In this document: positions 27,519 through 40,800 of the stretch, piece after piece
Numbering within the stretch: position 1 is the stretch's first letter
Layout: each line of letters begins with the position of its first letter
Source: Enoplolaimus lenunculus
Lineage: Eukaryota
Direction: 5' to 3'
DNA length: 64,000 nt
Assembly: GCA_030248215.1 (NCBI GenBank)
Contig: JASANG010003765.1
Span: forward strand, 372,001 to 436,000
Notes under the pieces: generated by a model
Database searches by the model: none
Told to the model about the DNA's origin: nothing
What the model saw: the letters and a program-made list of their open reading frames with translations, nothing else
Position numbers and translations under genes: made by a program

Positions 27519-30500
27519 CTATATTGTTTGTACGCGAAGCATTGCTAACGGTACAATCATAGTTACAATTAAGTGACAAATAGTTGTTCCAAATATACGG
27601 CTGTTTGAGCTGCTCGTGTCATCTTCAACTGGCGGCCAAGTATACTCTGTCCACCATTTTCCATTGCTTGGTGTTGTACACATTTCTGAGATACACTGAT
27701 ATTCATAGAATGTATCCATTTTTGGTCCAATTTCATCACCTAAAATCATAAAAAATCTGCAATTTATATTGATGATCTTTCGTAAACGTGGTAAATAGCA
27801 CCACTTTGCATCCATATTCAATGCAACATGGATACGAGCACAACAAATGAAGTTGTAATCGGAGTAACAGCAAGCGCAGCGGGACAACTACTATACTAAA
27901 AGTTTAATTGCGCAACTCGCAGCGCTATATGATAGCAATATTCGAACTTAAAATAGAACCCTCTGACTTGCTCTTCATCCTCTTTATTCGTGGCACTATA
28001 GTCATATATCAGTTACTTTTAATAAGGAAAGTGAAGACGTTAGTTACCATTGAATGCACTGGTAATCTTCGGTTAAACTCAACTTTGACAACGCTAAGCA
28101 TATAGCATGGTTTATCATTGCTTGGATTAACAATTTCAGCAATAATTCATTATAAAATAAACTGACTCAACAAAATTAACACGTTTTGTGTTAAAGCAAA
28201 CGTACCATACACTGATATTAAACCAACTCTTTCTGCTTCAGACAACCTTGTTGTATTTCCGAATCCTTCAAAATTATTTCTTCGTGCCCAGAAACAAAAA
28301 TACATTCTGAACGGTTCAATCGATGGGTCGGTTGATGACTGAACAATACACGAAATACAGACAAAATTGTATACAATACACTGCAAAAAATGGTGAGTTA
28401 AACAGACTCTCTCCGAAATAGGCTCTACGGGACTACACAAACTGAGTCAAATTCCACTCCGCCAGAGTCCAATTCCACTCACCCGAGTTGCTCAGTGAGT
28501 CGAATTTGACTCTGGCGGAGTCGAATTTAACTCAGTTTGTGTAGTCCCGAAAAACCTATTTCGGAGTGAGTCAATTTTTTACTGATGAGGAATCAGTGGC
28601 GGATCCAGAAATCTTTAAAAATGGGGGACCGCACGAGATATAGTCGAAGCAGCCGCGAGCGAAGCCAACTAGAAACCAAACGTTATTTTAGTGTTAAACC
28701 TTTAAATCAAAATCTTGGTTCCCCTATTGGATTGCCAGTAGGAGAGTGGCTCCTCAGAGGGGGACGTACAGCCTCCCACGGAGAGAGAAAAAGCACAAAA
28801 TTAGTTCAAAATGTATGCTTGTTGCAGGAAAAGTTTCCTCCTACATTTGTGTCGGTAAATTAATAGTAAATTAGGTGCGCTAAACCAGTCATCAAACACA
28901 GAAAATGCCGCAATTCAATTCAGTGCGTCTCTTACACAATATAATTCAGCGTAATAAAAACAAGTCTAAAACAAAGTTTAGCATAAACACAAGCAAAAAA
29001 TTAGTCCTAAATTTAAGGTCTCTACCATGTAATTGTTCTACCTCCGAAAATTATTTTATAAAAAATGATTAGGTCCTTACCTTACAACTTAACCCCCTCA
29101 AAAATTTTTGGTGAAATAATTGTTACGAGCCTCCTTCCATCAGAAATTTCTGGATCCGCCGGTAATAGCAGGGCACCACTAAAAGTATAACATGGACTGA
29201 TGTTTGTACGATTTAGCGTAAGTATATTTTAATGTGGTCCTTTCTTCTTGGAACGTTAGACTCATGTATATATTGTTCGAGGAATCTCTGCTGCAGCGGT
29301 TTAAATCTGACGGAGACAAACCAAATCAACTCAATCTCAGGTGGCCAACGCAAGTGTTTATTAGTCAGTAGCAATCTTCTAAATCGAATACCCAGCACTA
29401 TTGAAGCAGTTGTATAATAAGTAAACTATTTATAGAATTGTTTGTTTTACGCTCATAGCAATCAGTTTGTGAGTCAGGGTACTTCCCATTGTGCAACAAG
29501 ATAAAACAAGTGGTTGAGAAACGAAAATTGAGGTTTGGAAACCCAAAAAAACGCTAAATCGAGTTTCGGATATCCGAAATAGAAAATTTAATTTCAAATT
29601 TCCGGATAACCGAATAAATATTCGGCAAAAATTGCCTGATATCCGGATATGATAAAATATCTAATGCCCATCACTAAATCATAGGACACAGACCATCACT
29701 AAACAACGGGGAGTAGAGCAAAAACGCAACGCGTGGTGGTACATTTGGTGCCATAGGTGAAATCCGACAGTTGCATATTCATGACCGTGATCATCCACTT
29801 TTGATATTATTATAACCGTCGTGGCAGAAGGTGCACACCAAATATAGCAGATTTCTTGCAGTTCGAGATTTTATAAGGAATTGTGCCAAAACTGTACCCA
29901 TGTAAAGATCAGTTGCGGAACGTTTTTCTGTGGGATTGCAATGAAGTAAGCTTAAGCTTTAGACTAAATTTTTCGCTTGCCAAGGCTCAGGTTAGGTATA
30001 AGCTCATTCTTTATCACTTTATTTTGGGCCAATTCATAAATCAGGGCCGTAAGAGTAGTTTACGTTCATTCTTACCCTTAGGCTTAGAGTTAGGAATGTG
30101 TTTAAACTACTGTTACGGTCCCGTTTTATACATTGGCCCAAACATAAAATGCTATTTTATACTCTTTTCACTCACGTTAACCCATGACAGGATGTTTATG
30201 ATGATAAAGTACTTAATGCGAGATTCACTTTATAACAAGAGCTGCCCGGAACACGTTTTGACTTAGTTGTCTGCCTGCGATCCTGATGTGCATGTGAGAA
30301 TCACCTGTTTATAGTGCAATACGATGTGTTTTCATACCTGGTAGCATTGTAGTTTAAAAAACCTCCACATTGCTTCTGCGTATGTACGCAGGTAAACGAA
30401 CGAACAACCACCTAAAATTCTAAACCGTGAAAAACGGTTAACACAAAACACAAACACTTACATGATATTGTCTGAAGTAGCAGGCGTCGGCACGACAAGT

Positions 30501-32133
30501 ATTATTTTCAGAGCATTTAAACGATCTTTTGTCCATAACGAAATGATTTCGGTCGTTTCCAGGTGGTAAACCTGTTACGCCACAGGGACATTTCATTCGT
30601 TTACCTATAAAAAATTAAAATTTTCATGCTCAGAGCAGTGTTTTAAATCATTCAGTACTGTGAGACCCTTTGACCACCAAAACGTTCCTTAGACAACCTA
30701 CTTCAGTAAAGAATCCCAATTTCCAATCGTATACTGTACAAAATGGTGAGTCAAATTGACTCTCTCCGAAATAGGCTCTACGGGACTACACAAACTGAGT
30801 CAAAATTCGACTCCGGTAGAGTCAAATTCGATTCACTGAGTCGCATGTTTGACGCTGGCGGAGTCGAATTTGACTCGGCTTGTGTAGTCCCGTAGAGCCT
30901 ATTTCGGAGAGAGTCAATTTGACTCACCATTTTTTGCTGTGTACTATTAGAATAGCTTCCATCAAAATCTGCATATTCAAAATAGGTTCAGAAATATAAC
31001 ATTATCGTGATTTGAAGAAGTTGGAAACGCCTACAAAGTTTACGCTGTCTTTAAAACATTTACCAAACTTTTCGCAAAAAGGATTAAAATATCTGATGTA
31101 CGACACAGGCGATATACTTGACCATGTTATTCCTCGTATTATCCAGTGATCATTGAACTTCGATTATGTTAAACTTAATCCAATCTCCAATCATGCCTTA
31201 TGAACCAAGCATGAGCTTTTATTTGTTGATGCACACTCTGCATTAGCGTTTTTAAAATTTTGAAACATTGGCATGGCTTGGCTTTGGGTCAGGTTTTCGT
31301 TTAGGCTTAAGCTGAGGCTTATGCTTCGGTTAGGTTTACAAATAATCTTGCAAGGGGAAGTGTTCAAAAGACTGGGCTGGCTTTTAGAATCTTTTGATCG
31401 GTTGTGGACTACAGTATAAAATAGGGGTTAACGATCATATTTATGGTAGCCACAATTCACAAGAGGCTTACTTAATTGTCGCCAGTGCCGAGTTGCCCTA
31501 AAACTGAATAAGCTAAAGTATCATTCTACAATTCGTGCGTCAAATAATAATAGGATTATAACTTCGTATTAGTTTTCGGCACTTTGGCAGTAAAGATTCA
31601 TAGACATCGGGGCCTATGTGTAGATCAGGAGTGGTCCGTTTTTTCCCGGCCAGAGCAATCCTCTGTAGACTATTTTTTGCTTAGCATTTGGTCAGGCATA
31701 CTCTTTAGTTATGAGCTTTCCTTTAAGAGGCTTATTAGTCTTTATGTTTATGAATAGGTTTTAATACTGTTACGACTGCGCAATTTACAATTAGGACTAT
31801 TGTACATACTTGCTCTACAAACCTTTTAGTAAGCCTAAAGCGTAACTGTGAGGAAAAAACACCCGATAAAACAAATTTAAACCAAAAACACATGCGTGAA
31901 CAATTTTCACCTGTAAAATCAGGTGACGTTTTAATTCCGTTCACATTCAACAATTCATCCGGGTTGACTGGTCTAAATAGAAACGCACTTGGACGCGCAA
32001 GTGGTATTCCGATGCCTGTTGGTATTTTTTTAAGTGTAGTACCGTACACGATATCACCACCGGTTCTAATTATTTGACTCGAAACTAAACATCCAGAAGC
32101 GCAAATAATCGTTATAGTAAACGCTAATTTCAT
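27519..32133 (-). CDS. Secreted Cys-rich, probably GPI-anchored protein (three-finger / activin-receptor-ectodomain-like), 239 aa
   Basis: Exons 31911-32133, 30462-30604, 28206-28338, 27519-27739; GT-AG, phases 1/0/1, 720 nt. Signal peptide MKLAFTITIICASGCLVSS; Cys pattern MKCPC...FKCSENNTCRADACYF...YFCF...YQCISEMCT; ends with a small-residue run (TSSSNS) and a hydrophobic tail (ICHLIVTMIVPLAMLRVQTI*). Fold assignment is inferred. Confidence 0.8.
29190..29490 (+). repeat. Dispersed ~300-bp repeat, inverted copy at about 50145-50460, next to GGATATCCG-subrepeat elements
   Basis: Both copies share aaccaaatcaactc..tcaggtggccaac..agt.tttattagtcagtagcaatcttctaaa.cgaataccca; nearby GCCCATCACTA element ends near 29666 and 49839. 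Confidence 0.8.
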
Positions 32134-33106
32134 ATTTAACAATCGCCGAATGCGTTGCGTAATATCTGTTTTAAATCAGTGTATACCTATAATAATAATT
32201 AGCTACAAAACGAACGAAGCAAAAATACAGCAGCTACGCTTATGCCGAGGAGCAATCAGCATTAGGCTGCTCCTTCATCGATTCTAACGGCACAACCATT
32301 TATACATTTGGATATTTGAACGGTGCTAAAAGACTCTGTAGGTGGCTATGCCACACTTAAACCTATTTCAAACTAAAAACTAAAACTAAAAATAAAACCC
32401 TATATCAAAACCACATCTTAAGGGAGTCCCTGGCTCCACCTAGTCTCTCTTAGAACTTAAGTTAGGCTTAGGCGTTGCTACAAGGCGTAGAAATTTGTAA
32501 AACTATGCTATGGCGGCTGTGTCCGCAATGTAACTTACCTGGGGCCCTGCGTGGCCATTTAGTATTTGTTGATTAGTATCGCATATTTAGTTGGCTGGAT
32601 CTGCGACTAAGGACATAGCTAGGCTATGTCAGCACCAATATGGTGCTTTGTTATATGTGTGTCTCGGGAGTATTGTTGTTGTTGTTGAAGGTACCGGATG
32701 TGTGGCTCTGGACCTCAACCGCATTGCGGACACCCAATTGTGGGTGTCGGCAAAAATGCAAATGAGGTCGAGATGCCGAAATGGGTAGCCAGGACCGGAA
32801 TCAGTCTTGGTTGGAAGCTAGTAGAATCGGTCGATATATTTCTCTGTTGGAGCTTGCGTTTAATACCTATAGTTTTGCATTGCGTTGGCGTACAATGGTT
32901 AAAGGCGGAAGTTGTTGGAGTAAGTAAGACTTGAGATTGAATTCGGTTAAGTATAGTCACGGTGGCTTAAGGATGTGAAGGAAATTACGGCATTACGGAT
33001 TTTATCGGTGTTGCGCAGGGCGCAGGATCTACCCAGTATTGAATACTGGTGTTATGTGCTAAAAAGGAACTTGGGGTATTACCGGAGAACCTGGGAAAAG
33101 TAGTCT

Positions 33107-33253
33107 AATAAATCTAACGGGGTTAGATTTATTATTCTACAACGGCTGGGCCAAATCTAACGGGGTTAGATTGGTCGGAAATTTGGTGTAACTCTAACGG
33201 GGTTAGAGTACACGGTTTTACGGGGTGTAATTCTAACGGGGTTAGAATTGCAC
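33107..33253. repeat. Four palindromic TCTAACGGGGTTAGA repeats separated by 22-28 nt
   Basis: Cores start at 33113, 33156, 33193 and 33232. Confidence 0.9.
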
Positions 33254-36200
33254 GGATTCTGGAAAACAGCAAAAGTATTGGGTACGGTAAAGCCAGTGGC
33301 TGGATTAAACCAGATTCAGACGTCGGCTTTAAGGATTCCGGCTCGGGTTGCCAGTTAAATTGCATAACCTGTATTTTGCTGGTATTAAATATTGAATATT
33401 TGGCGTCATACGGGTTTCGGTTTGGGACTTATAATAAACATTTACCGGCCGCGTTTTACTAAATCAGAGCGATAAGCATACATCGAGATAAAGAACATAA
33501 CAGGCGATACAGGATACCGGCTTAAGGCAAAATCACGAACTTCTCACAGACTCATAGGTTTAATTTCCTGAACCGTTTCAAGAAAACCTTTTTAGATTTG
33601 AACTACAGTTTTTTGCGTGATCTGACGAATTCAATATTATTGTGCGGGTTGCGATTGTATATTGAACTTCTCGAAATTTAACAATTCACAAGTATAAAAG
33701 CGGTGAATTGTTGTTTCATTGTGCGAAACATAAAATCCTTTGACTCGAAGAGTGTTGCGACAAGTCCTGTTGTATTAATGCAGTTGTGCGGTGTAGCTGT
33801 TCACCTGAAGTTCAAAATGTGTTTTGCAAGCGAATACATAGTTGACAATTTACAATTTTGAGAACAAACAGTCTGAATTTCTCAAAAAATAAACCTAAAT
33901 CCAGCATTTTAGCCAATGCTTCATTGATAGAGGTATTTGCAAAAACTAACAAATTAAACATTGTTTAAACTACCTCCCTTCGGATCACCTTCGGCTTCAC
34001 CTCCATCTTTCGCTCCGATAAGTTTTGCTCACCTCGTCTCCAGCTCCTATATTTTTTACCTCCGGTTGCACTTTAGTGACAAGTATTTGGCGGATAGCGA
34101 AATTTGCGGTTTCCGCGAGTTAAATAATCAGTTTCATTTCGTTGAATTGATGTTTCTTACAGTAAACTTTGAAAGATTGGTCCAAAACAAGCTGAAATCG
34201 ATATTTCAGTCGATTAAGCGAATAGTGATAGCACTATAAAATTTTCGATCATTAGATTTTAGCATATGACCGTACAAACTCAGCCTGCTATGCGTATACA
34301 CGCAGATCGCCAACGTAAACATCCTGAATTGGGTATCGGGAACTGTTCAGCGGGGGCAGGGATTGTGGACCCGCTCGAAATATAATGAAAATTTCCATTG
34401 CAAGAGCTGCGACAACTCTCGTTCAAAGTTTTTGGTTCTTAAAATTTTTGCTATCTTCTACCATTCCGACCTCATATTTTTATATACAAAATAAGCGTTA
34501 CAAAGATGACACTTTAGCGCCAAAATTAACGCTGCGGTTGGATCGGAAGTTACGATATAGTAGCTTAAGCAATGCTTGTGTTAATATGTAATGCTATGGA
34601 AAAGAAACATATGATGGGCCCAACAATTAAATCAACTCGTCGATGTTTATGGTGATAAACTAATTTTCGTTTAATTCCTGCATGATCCACATTTCCTACT
34701 TTCACCAAATGGTTTCGATGGATGACGCTGGGTTTATAAGTACGGTCAATTACATGGGGAACCTTGGTAGGTCGCACGCGAAACTCTGTTAAAATGTAAA
34801 ATGTGAGTCAAAACACAAAAATATTTTATCAAAACGATAACATTTTTTGTTCGTTGTTGAATGGAGAATCTATTTTATAAATCCTTGATCCGCCCCTCAC
34901 TTAACCCTCTGCTACAGAACCCACTCTAATAGAACCTGCCTCTTACATTATTAATTAAAGTATGAAGACTTTCTAGATCAATCCGCTCGAGGGTTCTCGA
35001 TATCTGAGGTGGCCAATGTAAAGAACAGGGACGGAACAGTATTATAAGCGTATTCCTAAGCCTAAGCCTAAGGCAAGCAAAAGAATTAGTCTAACGCTTT
35101 ATAAAATTACTCGTTTCTAGTCCTCCAGAAAAACGTTTTGACATGGGCCGCTGAAGTCATCTTGGAGGGGGGTAGGCGTTACAATTTAAAATCTTCAAAA
35201 AAGGGATACTTTGTAATGTTCCTAAAACCGGAAGTTTAAGGTTCGCTGCCATGTGGTGAACACTGTAGAACAATTATAGAATGCTGGTAATAACAGTTCG
35301 AAAGAGTAGCGTTCAACTGTTGGACTATAGTAGTCATGATGTTGTCATAGGAATATTCATGTGTTTAGAACTGTAAATTTGAAATTTTTATCTGTTCAGT
35401 TACCTGGAAACACCACAACTCGAATTAATAGGATTTAAATGATTTTTATTGTTAAAAGCGAGTAACTGTTGTAATATTTTCAAAATAAGGCACAATTCAT
35501 CACAATTTCTTTTGCTTAATATTTTTATATTGCATTTTTTGGTGGTTCAACGAATATTAGTAATTAATATAATTTGGCTAACTTTAAATTATAATTTTCA
35601 AAGTTAAACACCAATTTTGCTTAATATACAGCAGTTAGTACAGGCAGTACCAAACTCGCACGGTAACCTTTGTTGGCGACGCAAAAGGTTCGGTACGAAA
35701 ACATTTGCAACGGTTCCAGTACTTGTTCAAATTTGGCTCAGTCTCGCGTGTTGAGAAGCAGTCGCAGATTTGGCTTTAATATATTTTCAGCTGAATCAAT
35801 ACTGACAGCTCAACTTTAATATAATTGCAATTACTAAAAAAGGTATACTGGCTTTTTGATTCCCGTTTTGTTTATGATATCAGTAGTTAAAGCCCCGCCA
35901 TGGGACTCTACCCGAATGCGGGTTCCACGGGTGGGTCTTTTGTGTGACTAATAGTCATCAGACAGACTGCGGGGCTATAACTACTGATATCACATACAAA
36001 TTGCGGAATTTTTACCACCAGACGGCTAAATCTGAACTCAGATTCGAAACGGGATACAACCTTTTAAATTAAATTTGTAAAAAGAATTCAACAAGCAATG
36101 TATATTTTATAAAATCAGTTTAATCGTAAATAATAGACAGTTCAACTATGCTACGTTAACACTTGTAGAACATCAACCAATAGACGTAAATTGCGCAACA

Positions 36201-37654
36201 AGAATGTAACCAATGTGCGCTAACGTTACTTTTAAGGGCGTTGCAGTAGCTAAGCCATATTTAAAGGCTGCACCTAAGCCGTATCGGTTGAATATGCTTG
36301 AATGTAAGCCTACGCCTAAACTAAAGGAAAAATTAGTATATATATACGAATCGTAAGTGTACTGTGTTGAAGGACAATAAAATGTGTTTTGCCTAGTTTT
36401 TCTTACAGACCAGATCCAAATAGTTTTGGAACGAATCCTTCAGCGTAATTTAACTCAATTTGCTACCGCCGTAACACTCAATTTAGTTTTCAAACACTAC
36501 AAACATCCACATCATTAAAATCATAGCATAAAAATAAACACGGTTTATTGCGTCAAATGGAAGATTTGGTCGGAAATAATCTATGTAAAGGTTTTCAATT
36601 CAAGTTAGATATTGTTGAAATATACACGCAACGTTTGTATCGGTTGCATTCGTACACTACTTGACGTTATATACAAACTTGTAATTGTATTAGCTTTTAG
36701 CGTGGTTTTAAGCAAAAAATCACTCCACGCACATAATTTCTGATCTTTCAGTAATATATAACATAATAAGCGATAATGCAGGCGCGTAGCCTGGGAATTC
36801 CAATTCGGTAGCGTTCAAGCCACTCGGAGGCACAGCATTTAAAGGTTGTGTTTTGAAGAATTTACGACAGAGCCGAACGGAATGTTTTACAAAGATTTTA
36901 AAATTGATGCGTTTAACTAAAAAATTGAGTTTTGTGTGCGCTGAAGTGAAAAGTGAGGTACGATTGCAAAGCGTGTAAAACTACAAAAAACCTCTCAAGC
37001 GGAAGGAGCGAGAAGGTAGACTTTATTTATTTTAGCTCTAAATCCTTCTAAAATAAGAAAAAAACGTTCTTGGCCCATAGATTGCAGGGTCTAGAAACCC
37101 AAACGCCCTATTACTACATGCCTGAAATGGAATGATAGTTTACGAACACTTTTATAAAACAATCACAGTTATCGTTAATATAAATATACAAAAATACAAG
37201 TTTATAATTAGAAACGAACAAAACATCGGCTTCTGGTCCCTTTTACTACACATAAGGTTGAGATATAGGCTTTGTAAAAGGTTTGGGTTTAGGTATAACA
37301 AAGCCGTTTACTAAACCTAAGCTTAGCCTAAGCGCCATTGTGGGAAAAATGTACAAGAGTCCAACACGATTTGAATAGTAATTCACGTTTTATTCAGCGG
37401 AAAATTCTAATTCTTGTTTGAAAGAGATTATGTAGAGAGATAAGCTTTAATACCATTGAATATACAAACAGAATTTTTTGGTAGTCTGAAGGTATCCCGC
37501 CTCCAGTAGTGGTTCCAGAAATGTTTGGTGAAGGGCTTGCAATATATAGTGAAGAAAAATTCGCGAGCGAAGCAAGCGCAAAGCTAAACACCGTTTTAGT
37601 GGTCATTACCAATACAAAGGTTTGGTTGTCTGCCGGTCCGGTTTGTGCATCTGA

Positions 37655-37805
37655 AGCCTAAAGGCTAAGCATGATCCTAAAACTATTAAAGGCTAAGCTT
37701 GATCCTAAGCCTAAAGATTAAACATTATTCCAAGCCTAAAGGCTACGCATGATCACAAGCCTAAAGGCTAAGCATGATCCTAAGCCTAACGACTAAGCAT
37801 GACCC
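37655..37805. repeat. Degenerate ~25-bp tandem repeat (aagcctaaaggctaagcatgatcct) built from GCCTAA-like hexamers
   Basis: About six units visible directly downstream of the stop codon of the 1078-aa ORF. Confidence 0.85.
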
Positions 37806-37818
37806 TGTATGACCGAAA

Positions 37819-40800
37819 TCAAACGTATGACACGCTGGTGTTGTATAATGGATATGTCTTGCCTAATACATCGTACGACCCATAGTTCTTAGTTAGCGAA
37901 TCTCGAGAATACAATTGCTGTAAGTAAGGCCGCCTAGACAGATCCGCAACGTAGCCACTAAACGAAGGTAGAAAGCTAGCATCAGCGCCATAGAATTTCA
38001 ATGATTCAAAGTTTGATGGAAAATATTGCCCTTGTGGCAGTGTTAGGCTTGAAGCAGTGCGTCCTAGAACATCGTACGAGCCGCAGTTACTGCTGGCAAC
38101 TGAATATCTTGTATTGGGCTCACTCGGAAAAATGGTAGAACTCCCAAGAGTAAAGCTGGACGTCAAACCAGGATATGTATCTGGATGAGAGTCGACGCCA
38201 ACAAAGTTTGTGGTGCCGGCGTATAAGCTTGAAGTTATCTCACCAAGTGTTGGTCTTGTGTGTAAATAAGAACGTGAAAGTCTTTTGCTTTCGTTGATCG
38301 ATGGCAAAACCATATTGCTGGAATGTGCCGGGATAACATTTTTGTGATGCGAATCTGACAGTTCGGAACCGTTCAATACTGAATCCGCTTCACCGCGCGA
38401 CGGTACAGCTGCTACTGTAAGCCCGTCGAGTTTTGTGTTGCTGAACAATTGTTCGACTGGTGTATCATGAGTTTCACCTGTATTATTGGTCCATGTTTCG
38501 ACCCCAGATTCGCAATCGACGCTTGTTACCGCTGATCGAAATGAATTTCGTCTGGATGAGTACCCAGAGCGAACGCTACCATGTTTTGAATACGGTATCG
38601 GAGTCAGTAGGATTGCGAGCGCACTTGGCGAAAGACGCGAAAGCGATGAAGTTTCTTTGTACATTTTTGAACATGTAGATTGAATATCATAACTAGCGAT
38701 TGATTTGGAAAAGTTACTATTCGCAGCTGAAGAAACTTCGTCAATTATTCCGTTACTTTGTTTTCCAGCTACGCATTCGATTGCGTTTGTTGTTGAAGAT
38801 GCAACTGGTTGTTGTTCAGAACGGTCTTCAGTTTTCGCATCGTTCGTTTGGTGGCAAAAGCGGCCAAGACCACTTCGTGTATTGCGGCTGTTTAGTTTGT
38901 GCTCAGAATTATTTTCTTTTAGTCGAATGTTCTCTGGTCGATCCGCTAACAAATAGTTCCATGCTCCAGGTGGTAGATTGAGAAATTGCGCCGTGTTTAC
39001 TTTTGGCTCGTTGGAAACGTGTGTTTGTTCGGTTCTATTCAACGCAGACGCAGATGAAACGATAGAGTTTCTGTTTAGTTCGTTCATCCAGTCGTAGTAC
39101 TTTTCACCGCGTGGAGCAACCAAAGGTTTAGACGCTGTGGCTGTTGATGACTTGCTGTCAATGGCCGACAATAGTTTTTTGTGTTGGAAAGTGTTCCTAG
39201 GAGCCGGAACAGGCGAAGCCACTTCTTTTGATTTGAACGATTCAAGCATCAAAGGATGATTATCGACGGATCGAACGTGTTTTGAGTAGCGTCTATCTTT
39301 AGTTTCCTCCATTGTTTGTTGTTGGGATTTGCCCAAATTCACATCTTTCGGGCTTTCATCAGCATTTCTGAACTGACCGATGTCACCTTGAGAACTTATT
39401 AACACAGGCTCACTGCTGTGGCGCTTGCGCTCTGTTGATTCATCACCGTATTCGTGCAAATCAGTATCGCAGTACATTTCTAGTTCCGGTAACGTCAAAT
39501 TTGTATAGCTTTTCGCTAATAACTTATTTGCAACTTGTTTAACCGCTTGACGTCTTGTGTTAGTTTGCTTATCACTATATTGTGAAGCGTGTTGTGCCAA
39601 TAGTTCGTTCGCTAAGCGAGCCAAATTGGGCAGTGTTTGTGCAGGACCTGTATGTTGCTTTTTCTGTTTTCTCGGAGCATTTGGTGTAATGGAAGCGTAC
39701 GATGTAAACCGGTCCGGGGCACCGCTCGTGTCGTATATCATTTGACTTGACGGCTCACTCCAATGAGCAACGATAACTGCGTCTGAACGGGAGCTTATCT
39801 TAGAAATTTGACTCATAGTATCGTTTGTTTCATTAGCAAACGGTTGATCGTGATGTATCATTGGAGTTTGAGGTGTCATCGATACGGATCGAATGCGACT
39901 TTCAGACGTATCACCAGCAGCAGGATTTACGTCTTCAGACAAATCTAGGTTAGCTTGTTGTAGCTCAGGCTGTTCCGAAACGATTTTGACTCTTTCAAGT
40001 GGCTTTGTTTCGAGGACTTTGTCGGCATTGTCGTAAGCTATTTTATCATCGGCAACCTCTTGTGAAACATTGAGCATATCTACGTGTCTTTGAATATTTG
40101 CCACCGTTTTGCGTTCGTGTGGCTGTTCAAGTTCAGCGGACTTCGGTGGATAGTGCGGCTTGAACTCGGCCGTTCCATGCCTGGCGCAGTAGAGTTTCAC
40201 TTCTTCCCACAAGTATCCTAAACCGGGCAAATAATCTTGCTTTATCGCTTGCGAAGATAAAGAACGCTTACGTGATCCAACTTTCGTTTCCGCTTGAGCT
40301 TCTGTAGACTCAATAAATGAATCTGCGTTAATTTCGTCAATTGCTTGCTTGACTTGTTCAAACAATGCCTGTTGGCCTAGCACTGCCGAAAACCCTTGTA
40401 TCCAATCGTTAAGTTCGCGTTCAGATTTGACTGAGAACCATTGTAGTTGATTTGCTTGATTTTTTCGAAAAAGATTCCGTTTTGTTGAACGTTGCTCAGC
40501 CACGTCACAAATATCTGTATCTGCTTCTGTCATATTGTCCTCCAGGTGACTAGTCGTATCAGATTTTTCAATTGTAAAAGTATGTGTTTCGTCAAATTCA
40601 CTTGATAAATTGGGCATGCTACGCTGACGCCGATGTGTTTTCGATAATTTTCGTCGCTTTTCTAACGAGTTTTTAGGTACAGGAACACAAAATACCGTCC
40701 CAAATGACGTAGCTAATTTAGCACTTTTGGTTACAACAACACCTTCAGCAGAATTGTATTTGCTCTGGCTATCTTCCGAGTTCAGCGGTTGCTGCTGCTT

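Noticed and set aside
32532..32700. U1 snRNA (AACTTACCTGG)
   Set aside because: No U1-70K loop, U1A loop or Sm site follows; better explained as a minus-strand splice donor.
33107..33253. Mini-CRISPR (palindromic repeats with variable spacers)
   Set aside because: The repeat is only 15 bp, the spacers are partly related to each other and extend the stems, there are no cas genes, and the DNA is eukaryotic.
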